The notes beneath the pieces were generated by a model. That model had not been told where the DNA came from. It did not search any database and worked only from the letters and a program-made list of their open reading frames with translations. Position numbers and translations under genes: made by a program. This document shows positions 25,084 through 37,600 of a DNA stretch of 64,000 bases, one piece after another (position 1 is the stretch's first letter; the number at the start of each line of letters is the position of its first letter). Source of the stretch: Lama glama (taxonomy: Eukaryota); the NCBI GenBank assembly GCA_028534125.1, contig CM052817.1, forward strand, positions 1,614,001 to 1,678,000, given 5' to 3'.

Positions 25084-25330
25084 GCAAGGCCCAGTGGCAT
25101 GCCCAGGTCCTAGCTGTGGGTGGACGGCTGCGGGAGAGCCACAGGCCAGGGCGGCCCCTCCCTGGCCATCTCGAGCCAGGAGCCCCAGGACCCTGGAGTG
25201 GCGGGTGGGGGGGATGAACACAGCACAGAGCCCCGGATCTTGGCACAGGCGGGCAGCCAGTGGCGTGGTGGAGGGTGCTGGCCACAAGCACTGCTCAGAC
25301 CTGACACGACCACCACCGGCCTCTCTCCAG

Positions 25331-25386
25331 GTGCCCCTGCCTAGCTCTGTCTTCATCAACACCACGGAATCCTGCGAAGTGGAGAG
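25331..25386 (+). CDS. SH3BP2: SH3BP2 exon 10 VPLPSSVFINTTESCEVER (start of SH2 domain)
   Basis: ctctccag| acceptor, AG|gtcagc donor, 56 nt. Confidence 0.96.
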
Positions 25387-25722
25387 GTCAGCGTGAAGCC
25401 CTTCTTCCTCCAAAGCCTTGTTTTTACAGACATGAGGTTCCCGGCTGCTCCCTCCACCCCATCTTCCTGCTTCTCTGGCCCCCTCACTAGCCTTGGTGCT
25501 GGGCAGTTGCTGGCACAGTACCCGGCCAAGTGCCACGAGAAGCTTGGCAAAAGAGCAGAGCGCACGAGCCCAGCGCTGCAGTGGGCCGGCCCCCCTGGGT
25601 CTGTGCAGCTGGGTCTCGGGGTGCCCAGTGCTCTCAGGGCCTGAGCAGCAGAGGCTGGGAGGACAGAAAGCCTGGGGGGTCTCCGGGAGAGCGGTCTGTG
25701 GATGGTTCCTCTATTGACGTGA

Positions 25723-25854
<132 letters not shown>

Positions 25855-26473
25855 TGAGCAAAGACCCCCCCAACAGCTGCACTGTAGTAGGGTCTTCTGG
25901 CTTCCACACACCCAGGCTGACAGGTGAGCACAGGGTTGTACAGTTTATTGGTCACTGCCCCACGCAGCCTCAAATTTGGCATCTCAGCTGAGCTTCATCC
26001 TTGAGGTCTCTGCCTGGCAGCCCCCTCCCCATTTATTCTCAGGAACTGGAGACCACGTGCAGTGATGCCCACCCCTCAGCATGAGCACGAGGCGGGAAAG
26101 CAGGGTTGGAGGTCCCAGGACTCATGGGGTGGGTGATTCCCGCACATTGAAGGGGAGGGTGCCTGGGGCAGTGGGAGTGGTGGATGGTCTGCGGGACTGC
26201 CAGTGCCCCTCCAAGGGTGAATTGTGTGACCTCACTGAGCCTCAGTTTCCCCACTGTGAGAGATCGTCCTGGACTGGACCAGCCATCTGCTGCTGTTACT
26301 CAAGTCTTCTCAGAGGCTGTCTGAGGGCAGGAGTCCTGCTGCCCACGCGCAGGGCGAGCCTTCCCCGCGGACCCAGCCCTCATGCTGCTCCCTGGCCTCT
26401 GAGGTCCTTCGTCTTTCCTGAGGTGAGCGCTGCTCTCGGCTGAGCCGACCATTGCCCGCTTCTCTTCCTTCAG

Positions 26474-26533
26474 GTCCTGGTCGTGTGGGATGAAACCTCC
26501 AACAAAGTGAGGAACTACCGCATCTTTGAGAAG
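26474..26533 (+). CDS. SH3BP2: SH3BP2 exon 12 [20 protein letters not shown] (SH2)
   Basis: cttcag| acceptor, AAG|gtgagc donor, 60 nt. Confidence 0.97.
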
Positions 26534-26857
26534 GTGAGCGGGCTGGCCCTACCCGAGGGTCCTGGACGGGCGGGGAGCCCTGGGCTGAGGCTTGGCTGGG
26601 GTCAGGGCAGACTTTCCTTGGTAGAGCATAGGCAGTGGGTGGTCTGAGGCCAGCACCTCCAGACATCCCCCTCCCCCCCCGCTGCCTCAGCCTCCCCCTC
26701 TCCTTGCCCTTCCGTGTCCTCCACTGACCCTAAGGAGATGGCACGATCAGCCCTCGACTCTGGGTTTATTTGCAGACTTTGCCTGCATCCCCTGGGCAGC
26801 GTGTTACGGCTGACCACCTGGCCCGGCCCCCCTGACCCTGCCACCCTCCCCCTCTAG

Positions 26858-26995
26858 GACTCTAAATTCTACCTGGAGGGCGACGTTCTGTTCCTGAGCG
26901 TGGGCAGCCTGGTGGAGCACTACCACACCCACGTGCTGCCCGGCCACCAGAGCCTGCTGCTGCGGCTCCCCTATGGCTACGCCAGGCCCAGGTGA
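26858..26995 (+). CDS. SH3BP2: SH3BP2 exon 13 coding part [49 protein letters not shown]
   Basis: ctctag| acceptor, TGA at 26993-26995; spliced CDS from 16870 totals 1704 nt = 567 aa plus stop. Confidence 0.97.
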   Translation, partial: DSKFYLEGDVLFLSVGSLVEHYHTHVLPGHQSLLLRLPYGYARPR

Positions 26996-27432
26996 CACCT
27001 CCACATGCTCCGGGCAGAGACGACCATGGGGGCCCCCCAGAAGGAGACAGGCCTGCCTGAGAGGACGATCAGGAGCCAGCACCGAACTCTGACCTGGGGC
27101 CTCCCCAGCAGCCACTGTGTAGAAACTGCCAGGCCAGGCCCCACCCAGCAGGCTGGGTCCCCAGGGCTAGGCCAGGCTCTGGCCTCCAGAGAACTGGACG
27201 GGGGAGTGCGGCTTTCCTATCCCACCCCATCCACCCTGCCCACCTCCCAGGAGCCCAGGACTGAGCCCAGCCTGGACTTCATGGACAGGAATTCTGGTCC
27301 CCCAGCATGCCCACCTTGCACTGGCTGGAAGCTAGGCAGGGCCGGGGCATTTGGGATGGGGGCAGGGGCTGGCCCCAGGACCCCCCCCTCAGAACGCTAC
27401 AACGCAGGCTCCATGAGGGGCCATTGCCACAC

Positions 27433-27438
27433 AATAAA
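27433..27438 (+). terminator. SH3BP2: Candidate polyadenylation signal AATAAA for SH3BP2
   Basis: First AATAAA after the stop (~440 nt downstream), followed by U/GU-rich tttgtctgg; a longer 3' UTR cannot be excluded. Confidence 0.65.
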
Positions 27439-30239
27439 GCACAGATGACCTTTGTCTGGGAGGCCAGAGCTTCTTTGGGAAGGAGTGGCCAGCCTAACTG
27501 AGCTTCCACACCAGCGTACACGCGGGGACTGCAGCCGGTGGTCTTGTCTTCTAGGCCACAGGCTGCGAAATGACTTGCCCGGGGGCGCACAGCTGGTAAC
27601 ACAACAGGACCCAGGTCAGGCAGTCTGGACTCAGAGCCTGTGCTGCAGAGCTCCAGGTTCTGCTGCCACAAGTCAGGTCCTAGGCAGTGGGGCTGTAGGG
27701 CTAGCAGGCCCCTCACGCCTGCAGTTGTGTTGTCTGCTGGATTAACCAGCGATTCCTGGGAGACAGCTGGGCAGGAGGTTCTCGCAGTGCCCGCTGTCTG
27801 GGGCAGCAGAGTGTGCGGGGGCTGGGAGCCTGGAACCCAGCTGGAGGCTCCAGGAGGACTTCTCGGAGGAGGTGATGGCTACAGTGCAGCAGGAAGAACA
27901 GGCCCTGAGGAGGCAAAGAATGGGTGGGGACAGTGGTACCCAATGCCCAAGTCCTCTGGTCAATACCTGGCTCAGGCCCTGCCCCAACTGCAGCAGACTG
28001 CTCTTCCAGACTTCACCTTTTTTTTTTTTTTTTTTTTTTGTAAAAACAGACTCAGCTGGGTGTCAGAGCTGGCAGGGAACTCAGGGTCATTTTGATCCTC
28101 GCTGTGCTTTTTGCTGGGAATGAGGAATTTGTTATGTAAAATCCAAGCCACAAAAGCACTTACATCCACTAGTGATTAATGGTCCCTGGAGAAGGCCCTT
28201 TGTTTGGATGTCCCCTCCCCTACCGGGGAGACCATCTGGGGTGGGGGGGTGGTCTGGAGGAAAGGGAGACAGGAGACGACTCAGGGGATGTGGGAGGCTC
28301 CTTGAGATGCAGTGGCTGAGACAGCAGCCATCTCCCTCCAGGAACCGAGCATCCAGCACTGCCTGCAGGTGTTTCTTCTTCAGCCGCCCCGGGGGGCGGG
28401 GTCAGCGCAGCACGGGGGAGCGGGCCCCTGGGGCTTCTGTTCTGCAACGAGCAGTTCCTCCTCCCTACGGTTGCAGCTCTCTGCCCTGAACTTTCGTGGG
28501 GATCCCGGTGAGGCACACTGTTCCCAACTGGCTGTAGCTTCCCTGCCTGTGAAGTTTTTCACTGGGGGCTTGAATCAGAAGTAGTTCCCAGCGGGGCCGG
28601 GAATGGTGGTGATCCCTGCAGGGCGCAGGGTGCCGCCACTTGGATCTGACATGCAGCAACTTGGGAGCCCTGAACTCTGGAAGGTTTGGGGTTTCTGGGG
28701 CCAAGAGCCAGGTGATGGGTCCTTCTGGCTGCCGGGTCAGATGAGGACTGTGTCTGCCCGATGCCCACCCCAGGACCGGGCCTCGCCTGGCCTCCCAGGC
28801 CTGGGACCTCAGTTGCCAGAGTGTGTGTTGGTGGTGGATGGGGCCCGAGGCATGGCAGCCCGACATACAGGAAAGGCCGGAAGGGGTCCCTGTCCCTCCC
28901 GAGACCTGCTTGAATGCCTTCTTCCTCACGTAGGGCTGGAGGGTGCTCACCACGTACGGCGCACTTCCTGTGTGCCAGGCGCTAAGGTGCCCTTGACATA
29001 GTTTGCCCAGAGGAGCAGCTGCTATTAGGCCTATTTTACAGGTGAGAAAGCTGAGGTTCAGAGAGGCCTGGATTCAAGCCCCAGCTCTGCTGTTCATCGT
29101 CACACGATCTGTCCTTTGCAGCTCTGAGCCCAGACCTTGGCCTTGCCTAGCTCCCTGTCACCCTTTGCGGCCCCTGGCGGTCATTGTTGGGTGTCCTGTT
29201 AGTCGGCCTCCCAGGGTTCTGGGCAGGCCTCCGCCCAGCCAAGGGGGCCACAGCTCTGGCGGGGACAAAGTGGACCTGCCTCACCCTGCTCTTCCCTCCT
29301 GGCCCCGGTATAAGACTAGGGGCCATCCTGCTCACTCATCTTACAGGTAGGGAAACTGAGGCTCAGAGAGGATTCGCTGACCTTCCCAGCCTAATTGTGA
29401 GTTCAAAGATGGCTTCTATTCCTGGGCTCCAGAAAAGGGCTCCAGACACTTTGGGAAGCTTCTCCAAGCCAAGCGCTGAACATGGTTTTACTTTTCCTAC
29501 ACTTAATCAGGAAGAGTGCTCACTGAGCCTCTGTACTTTCTGTTAATGGAGATTTTTATGGTTAAAAAAAAGTTTTTACAACCAGAAGAGGCCACAAAAA
29601 CAAGCCAGAGTTTCTCCCAGTCCCCACCCCAACTCTGGGTCACGTTGCGAGGACGCCCCAGGCCGGATGGGTGGCTCTGACAGCACCAGCAAAGATAAGA
29701 GAGCAGGCCTGGGACCACGGGGCTTCTTGTCCAGCACCCAGTGGCTGAACTCGAGGGGATGGCGCAGAGGACAAGCAAGGCCACCCAGGGACTATCGGGA
29801 AGAGCTGGCACATGGACCAAACTCGTGTGTCTCCAGAGGTGGGGCAGTGAGGGGAGGGCCACAGCCCGTCTCTGGCTGCCACCCCGCAGCACGGAGCCCC
29901 TCACGGGGCAGCTTGCGCACACGTCTGGCTCCTCTGTGTCGGCGTGTCCTGTCCCCCCACCTGGAAAAGACTGCCTGGGTGGAGGCCTCGGAGAGGACCC
30001 CTGTCGTGGTGGCAGGGACCTCAGAGATGGCTGAGTAGCCACCCCGCATCTGGGTGCCTTCTAGCGCTTCCTCACGGGAGGGAGTGTCACAGGATGCAGA
30101 GCAGACCCAACCCCATCTGCCTCTTTGGACTTCCCTTGCTCCTCAGAAACCTTAGAGGCTGCCTGACAGCTACCCTTGCATCACACTCTGGCTGCATCCC
30201 TGGCCATGCCCTGAGCTACTCAGAGCTGAGGCACCTCCT

Positions 30240-31700
30240 TTTTCCTTTCATTTCCCATGGACTAAAACACATTCAGAAAAGTGAACAAAGTGGAAATGTA
30301 CAGCGTTTAACAAACTGTCATGTAATGAATGTCAGGAAGTAGACCCTCCAGCCCCCATGTACCCTCCCCATCTCAGCACCATCCCGTCCCTCACAAGTAA
30401 CCCATGCCCTGGCTTTGGTGGGGCTCCTGTTCCTGTTTTGCTATGAAGCCCCCATTTCCTGGTTTCCTGTTTTTGCATTTTATGTGAGTGGAATCATACA
30501 GATAGATGCAAGCTTTGGCATCTGGCTGCTTCTCCCCATCACGGTGTCTTTGAGATTCATTTATGTTGCTGTGCATAGCTGCAGCTGGCTCAAATTCACT
30601 ACTGAAAGCCATTCCACTGTCTGACCATGGTAGTTCACAGATCTGTTTTACTGCAGATGAACTTCTGGCTTCTGTTCAGTTTGGAACCATCCCAGACAGT
30701 GCTACTAGCAATAGTCTTATCTGTGTTTCTGATGTGTGTGCAGGAGTTTCTGTGGGGTCTGACGCCTGAGTTCTAGGGCATCAGGACTTTTGTTTTCAAA
30801 GAATTTTGCAGTAAAAGATTTTCCCTGGTTCCACGTCCTTGCCAACACTTAGTATTGCCAGGCTCTTTTTTGTTTTTGCTGACCGGCAGGTGTATAATTA
30901 TGGCTTTAATTTGCATTTAGCTAATTACGAATGAGGTTGAGCACATTTTCATGTGTTTATTAACCATTTTGATTTTGTCTCCTGTGGACTGTCTATTCAA
31001 ATCTTCTGCCCATTTTTCTGCTGTCTCTTTCTTATGCATCGTTAAGAACTGTTTGTATATCCTCAGTATTGTGATGTGTTACCCGTACTTTTTCCAGCTC
31101 CGTAATTGTTTTCGGCATATAGCGAGATAAGGAGTCACTTTCATTTTCCCCCCAAGAGTCACCCCACCTACCCCTGCATCATGTATTCATAATCTGTCCT
31201 GTCCCCACCCATCTGCAGTGCCGCTTGCCATGTCTCCATAGATGTGTACATCTGTGGGCTCTTTGTTCTGTTCCATCCGTCCATTTCTACACCAATAGCA
31301 CGCTATCTGAATACTGTCGCTTGCTTATGTCTTGATATCTGGTAAAGTAAGTCCTTACCTTATTTTTCTTCTTTGAAAGTGTCTTGGCTATCCTGGTCAG
31401 TTCCATTAATAACAACTTGGTTGGTGTTTTAACTGGGAATTCATTGTAGCTATGAAACAGCTTGGGGAAAGTGGACATCTTTACAACATTGAGCCTTCCG
31501 ATTCATGACATGGGTCTAACTCTTGTTTGGTTTCTATTCTTCAAGGCTTCCCCATAGGATTTAAAAAAAAAAATTCCACTACAGCCTGCCACAGCTTTTG
31601 CTGGGTTTGATTCATAGATACTTCACATTTCTCTTAGTCTATTGTGTATGTTTTTCATTTAATTTTTCATTGTCTGTTGCTAGAATGGGGGAAACGTCTT
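30240..31700 (-). mobile_element. Old L1 (L1ME/MC-like) remnants, antisense
   Basis: gtggaatcatacag, ttgagattcatttatgttgctgtgcatagc, ttaatttgcatttagctaattacgaatgaggttgagcacattttcatgtgtttatt, gacatctttacaacattgagccttccgattcatga. Boundaries approximate. Confidence 0.7.
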
Positions 31701-32019
31701 CTAGCTAGACTTGTGTTTAACGTAACTGAATCTTTGTTTGTGTTTTGGGCCGTCTCTTCTGTGCTGCTTTTTCTCCTTTTCTCTCCTCTGTTTTCCTTCC
31801 TTTGGATTGGGGAGCTTCTCAGCCTCCCACTTTCCCTCTTCTTCTAGTTCGAAAGTTATACGGTCCATTTTTAGTCTTAACTAATTCTAGAATAGTAAGT
31901 ATCTTTGTGTCCTTCCTGGACAACACTAGGACTTTGGGTGACTTTAACTTTATTGATCTCCTCATGACTTGATATTACTGTTGTCTACATGTCTAATTTT
32001 GTGCTGTTTTTTGAAAAAA

Positions 32020-32162
32020 TTTTCCTTCTTTTTATTTTTTTGTTCTTTTTTTCGGGGGGGAGGAGTAATTAGGTTTGTTTGTTTGTGGTGGTAGTGGGAA
32101 TTGAACCCAGGACCTCATGCATGCTAAGCAACCACTCTACCATTGAGATAAACCCTCCCCCC
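32020..32162 (-). mobile_element. tRNA-derived SINE (camelid Vic-1-like)
   Basis: Reverse strand reads ggggagggtttatctcaatggtagagtggttgcttagcatgcatgaggtcctgggttcaattcccact... followed by an A-rich tail; A-box- and B-box-like motifs. Confidence 0.8.
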
Positions 32163-32284
32163 ATATTATTTGTTTAACTCCCACACAAGACAGTATTTCT
32201 TTCTTCCTCCTTCCTTCCCTCCCTCCCACCCTTCCTTTCTATCTTCTTGGAAAAGGAAGGTATATTTTAATAGCATTAAAACTA

Positions 32285-33190
32285 TTTTTTATTATGGTAA
32301 AATACACATGATATAACTTCACCATCTTAACCATTTTAAGTGTACAGTTCCACGGCATGAAGTACATTCACCTTGTTGTGAAACCATCACCACCATCCAA
32401 CCCGGTAACCCTTTCATCCTGTTTAGACTGAAACTCTGTATCTCTTAATTAGTAACTCCTTATTCCTCCTCCAGCCCCTGGCAACCACCTCTCCTTTCTT
32501 TCTCTATGAATTTGACTATTCTAGGTCCCTCATACAAGTGGAACCGTGATTTGTCATTTTGTGACTGGCTTATTTCAGTCAGCATAACATCTTCATGATT
32601 CCATTGTTGTAGCAGGTGTTAGAATTTCCTTCATTTAAAGGCTGAATAATATTCCCTTGTGTGCGTAAACCATGCTTTGTTCATCCCTTCACTTGACAGC
32701 ATTTGCGTCGTCACTCAACACTTCCACCTCTGGTTACTGTTGACAACTCTGCCTTGAGCACAGACACACAGACAGGTTAGTCTCTCCAGTCCCTCTGGGT
32801 GTGTGCCACAAGTGGAACTGCAGGGTCATAGGGTGATTCTTTACCTTTTTGAGGAACCACCACACCATTTTCCACAGCGGCTGTACCATTTTACATTCCC
32901 ACCAGCAATGCCCAAGGGTTCAAATTTCTTTACATCCTTGTCAACACTTCCTTCCCTTTCCTTTCCTCTTCTCTTTCTTTCTTTTCTTTTTTCATAATAG
33001 CAGTCCTGACGGAGTTAAGTAGTACCTCGTGGTGATTTTGGTTTGCAGTTTTTAACGATTAGTGATGCTGAGCGTCTTTTCACGGGCTTACTGGTTTACA
33101 TGTGTCTTTGGAGAAGTGTCTTATTTAGGTTCTCTGCCCGCTTCTTAGTTGGGTCATTTGCTTTCTCGGTGCTGAGTTGGAGATTCACGA
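32285..33190 (-). mobile_element. L1 3' end (L1MA/MB-like), antisense
   Basis: ttaaccattttaagtgtacagttc...gtacattcaccttgttgtgaaaccatcaccaccatcca; tttaaaggctgaataatattcc; ttttgaggaaccaccacaccattttccacagcggctgtaccattttacattcccaccagcaatg. Confidence 0.85.
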
Positions 33191-33204
33191 GTCTTTCTCA
33201 TTCA

Positions 33205-33635
33205 CAGTCTTCTTAGACTGAGTTCTTCAGAGGCAAAGCCTGTAACAGGGCTCTTGTGCAAATGACTTACGGAGGGAACGTCCTCAGCGGAAACCGCATG
33301 GGGAGACCAGGATAGCACGAAGGAAGCACAGAGGCAGGCAGTGGTCTCAGCTGGAGAACCAGCTTCTGCCTGATCTTCGTGGGGTGCTCTGGAGTATGAC
33401 TTGTCCCAGAATTGGCTTTGCTTTGAGGGGACCAGCCGTGTGTGCCCCTGGGTCAGCCAGTTATTGGGTCTGGGCAGTCCAGGAAGGGAGAGAATCGCCC
33501 GGGCGAGGGCAACACTCTGGAGAAAGGGGCTCTGAGGGCCATTAGCAGGTAACACTCACAGCACCTGGAGAGGGGACCACTTCCAGCACCAACCCGGAAA
33601 GGCAGTCTGGGCAGGGCACCAACGGCAACCACTAA
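33205..33635 (-). mobile_element. ERVL-class LTR (LTR16-like), 3' LTR
   Basis: On the minus strand it follows a polypurine-tract-like GGGGGTGGA (33637-33645) and begins tagtggttgccgttggtgccctgccc...gtgctgtgagtgttacctgctaatggccctcagagcccc, like recalled LTR16 consensus. Confidence 0.6.
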
Positions 33636-35400
33636 TTCCACCCCCGGAACTGCTCAGATCCACTTGTTTCTCACACTGAGTTCAATCCGTTCAGACACAA
33701 ACTCTTCAGCATTCTGACTGGCCACAGTACCCAGGAGAACGGCCAAGAGACGGAGGGATGGCCTGTGCAGCCCCACTGCTGCAGTCGGCCCGAGGGCCAC
33801 CGCTGACAACTCAGCGTTCCCTTTTCCACCATCCATTCTAGATCTCTCTTCCTCATGCCAGCCCTTTGGCTCTTCTAGATAGTTCACTCCCGAAGGCCCA
33901 CCTCCCTGGGAGCCTGCCCTTATCAGGCTGTGTTGCCATGCCTGCCTGTTTACAGCTACTGGGTCTGGGAGTACCCGGGGATACCCTGCCCCATGAGTGC
34001 CTGAGTGCCAGTCACAGCATGTGGCTGGGAGCCCTGCACACTCACAACAATGAGGGCCAGATACCGCTGCCAATGTGGTACTCCTTTCTGTGCCTCTGAT
34101 CTATTGATGCAAGTTGTCCCAAGTGACCAGGTGGCAACTGTAGCTTCAACTTTGCTATGTCCCCTGGAAAAATGTTCTCGTTGGTAGCCCCACCCTCTAG
34201 ACTCACTGTACTTAGTGCTGGAGAGGGGGAGGCACAACTTCCTCAAGTGGGTCACTGGGCAGTCCACCTGTTAGAGACGGAGCCTTGCAAAACGGCTGCT
34301 TATTGATACAGAATGTCTGCCACTCATGTCATTTACCAGCTGGAGCCTCACCGAGTCCTCAAGCAGCTGGTCCATCTCTCTAGTAGATCAGCAACTCCCG
34401 GATGGTACAGTATACAGCAGGGGTGGTCGGTCCTTGGTCGTGTGTCCACTGAGACATCTCCTTTGCCATAAAGCAGATCTTTTAGTACTAGGTGGTGTTG
34501 TCGGATTTCATGTCAGCACGCCAGACCTTTGTGAGTGCTTGATAGTGGTGCTGGCTTAAGTATCTCAGGCAGAAAAGGTAAACCCACACTCTATCTTGAA
34601 GAGCATGAGTCATTGCTTTTTCTAGGACAGAAGGAATCCAGCGTCATCAACTTGCCACAGGTAGCTGGTTGGCTCCTGCAGGCCTCAGCCTTGGTGTCTG
34701 ATGCTGACAGGTCAGACACTGGCCATGACAGGGGCTGGACCAGCCTTGGTTACAGGGAGCCCATGCTGATGGGCTCATGCGTAGCCTCCACCCTGCCATC
34801 ATGGCTGCTTCATTCATGAGACGATTATGCAGAAGACAGATCCTGGCTGATCCCCACTGGCTGAGCCACTCCATCTGCTTGGTTGTTTACAGCCTCTGTG
34901 GTGGGGGATCTCTGGCAGACACTGACATGCAATACAAGATCTTCACCCTTTGCACCAGTTCTCATAGGTCTATCCACGTGCCTCGTACCTTTTTGTCCCT
35001 GAATGTCCAGATTTCTCCTTCTAAGCTCCTTAACAACCAGCTAAATCATTTCTCACTGCCTGAGTCCAGGCCATGTCTCCCTCCACACAAAGTGAGTGGT
35101 CAGTTTCACCATCTGAAGGTTTGGGATGATGTCCTTTCAGGGTGACCGCAGGGTTGGGCTACAGGGCAGCAGCAGCAGGCCATTTTCAGCGCACACCAGT
35201 GCATTGAGCCAACCTTCCTATGACTAATAATATATTTTTTCCTCCTCTGTCACTGTGTCACAGGGAATCCTCTGAGACCACAGGTATGAGCTGAGAGGTA
35301 CTGGAGCTGCAGTAGTAGGGGTCCGGACCACTTACCTCTGCCCCTACGTGAACCCAATCCTGGATCTACTGCTTTCAGATTATGACTTATCTACCTGACT
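33636..35400 (-). mobile_element. Degenerate ERVL internal sequence including an integrase N-terminal (HHCC zinc finger) remnant
   Basis: Minus-strand translation near 34620-34830 gives GYA*AHQHGLPVTKAG...CLTCQHQTPRL...QPAT.WQVD, matching recalled ERVL integrase (GYAWAQQHGLPLTKADL..ECPICQQQRPTL..QPATWWQVD) with stops and frameshifts. Confidence 0.7.
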
Positions 35401-36329
35401 TTGTCTTGGCAGTCGGACAGAACCAAGCGATGAGCAGTTCTGGCCACAGAGTCACTTTTGATGTCCCAAAGAAACATTCCGTTTCTACCAGAGTCCAGTA
35501 GCAAGCCAGAAGTTACTTTCTGAGCTGCTTGGATCTGTGGGTTTATAGTTTTTATCAAATTAAAAAAACCTAGCCATTGTATTTTCAAACAGTATTTCTA
35601 TCCTCCCAACCTCCACCTCTATTTTCAAGGACTCCAATTTCATATATACTAGGCCTCCTGAAGGTGTCTACAGCTCATTGGTGCTCTGTTCATTTTTTCC
35701 AGGCTCTTTTCTTTCTGTTTCACTTGGTTTCTTTTCCCATGTAATTAAGTTCACTAATTATTTTCTTCTATGGGGTCTAATCTGCTGTTGAACCCAATGA
35801 GTGTAATTCTTCATTTCTGACATTGTGTTTTTCAGCTTTGGAAGTTTGACTTGGGTCTTTTTTGTATCTTCTGTGTCTACTTCACATGCTCAGTTATCTT
35901 CTGCTACTGTCATCCTCCCTCCAGCAAGCCCTGACTGATACCCCTATGGGCCCTGCCTTGCCGCTGCGTGCAAGGGGAACAGGAGTGAGTGATGCAGAAT
36001 TGTGGAATCTTGTCAGAATAGTCTTCTGAGAAAAACCAACGTCCAGATCAGAGGTCTATTATCCATAAACAGTATCCCCGACCCTTCCATGGACAAGGCC
36101 AAAGAGGACTGTGCTGGCACCGGCTGCCTGGGTTCCACACTTTTCTTCCACTGTCCAATGCGGGACCTCAAATTTCTGTGGGTATAAAGGGAGCTAGAAG
36201 TCCTACTCGTACGTCTCCTGGGTCTTTTGGGGACTCAGATAAGACAACATGAGGGGCACTTTGGAGGCAGGTGCTGATGTGGTGTCTAGTCCAGCCTCCA
36301 GGTCACTGGAAGGTGTGCTGGTCTCACCA

Positions 36330-37600
36330 AAGCCCTGGTTGTGCGGCGGCGACGCGCTCGTTCATCCACATCAGCAGGCAGCCGCCTGCCGGCTCTGTGG
36401 GGCCTTATCAGGATCCACAAACCCCGATGCCCGGCCCCACCCTGCTGCCAGCCCAGCCCCCAGCTCTGCCAGTGGGCCGGGCCGCCCGCAGCGGCGTCGG
36501 GACACAGCCCAGCACAGGCTGGCACAGGGGCCGGGGCCGTCTGCCGGAGGAGCCGGCGAGGCGGGCGGGGAGAGGCCCTTGCTGGCGGAGGTGGGCCTGG
36601 AGCCACCGTTTAGCACGCCCCCCAGAGTATCCCGTGAACCTGGCCCGCGGGAAGCCTCCCCGAGCCTGACCAGCGGCAATGAATGAGCGGCCGAGCGGGC
36701 GCCGCTGGCACAGCCGGCCCGGGGCTCCAGCGACGAGGCCTGTGTGGCTGCGACCCGGGGACCCAACGCACCCGACCGTCCGCCTTCCGCAGGGGGCGGA
36801 CGGGGCGGCCGCTGCTGGGACTCGCGAAAGGCCGCGGCCCCGGGCGGAGCCCACCGCGTCCTGGCCCCGCCCCCCGCGCCCGCCCGCTCGCGTCCAGCCA
36901 ATCGCAGAGCGCGTTGCTGGGCGGTGAGGCGAGGGCTGGGCCTGTGGGCTGGCGCGTTGTTGGGCTGCGGCCGCTGCAGGCCGCACCCAGCTCGGGCGGC
37001 GGGGCTGCGCCGAGGGCGGAGGGGGCGGGAGGCCGGGCGGGCCGGAGCTGCGGGCTGGGGTGCGCGCGGCGGGCAGGGGGCGGAGCCGGAGCCCGAGCGG
37101 GAGCGGACGGGCGGCGGCCGCACTCGCACCTGGGAGCCCGTGCGCTGCCCGCGATTCGCCCCTGAGGTGAGGCCCCTGCGCAGGGCGGCGGCGGGGCCCG
37201 GAGCGCGGAGGAGCGGCCCAGGGGCTTCAGGCCGGGCCCCGGGCCGGCGGCGGCGCGGGGGGCGGGTCCGCGCTGGCGGGGGGCCCGGGGGGCCGCCCCG
37301 GGAGGCGTCCCCGTCGTTCGGCGGTGGGCCCTGGCCGGGTGCGGAGGGGCCAACGCCCTGCAAGCGCCTCTCCACGCGGGCTTGTCTGTGGGGGCGCCTG
37401 GGCAGCTCGTCTGCGGGCTGGGCGGGGGCTTCGGGGTCTGTGTGGAAAAGCAGGGTCCGGGCCGGGCGTTGGGTCAGCCTGGTGCTCGCGACGGCCGGGC
37501 CCGTGGCCCGGAGCGCGGACGGCTCGAGATGTTTGTGCACAGGCGCAGACAGACTCAGGCACCCGGATCCTGCCTGTCAGCTCGGTTTTTAAAAAACGAC
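36330..37600. promoter_or_regulatory. ADD1: CpG-island promoter of ADD1 (CCAAT at 36898-36902, multiple GC boxes)
   Basis: Very CpG-dense; GGGCGG/CCGCCC boxes; AGCCAATCG NF-Y-type box; lies directly downstream of SH3BP2, the known mammalian gene order SH3BP2-ADD1. Confidence 0.85.
36983..37166 (+). other. ADD1: ADD1 non-coding exon 1 (5' UTR); the rest of the window is intron 1
   Basis: gcacccagctcgggcggcgggg...ggcggagccggagc...gcgctgcccgcgattcgcccctgag|gtgagg resembles the recalled human ADD1 5' UTR; strong donor. Transcription start approximate. No ADD1 coding exon (MNGDSR...) found in the window. Confidence 0.8.
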
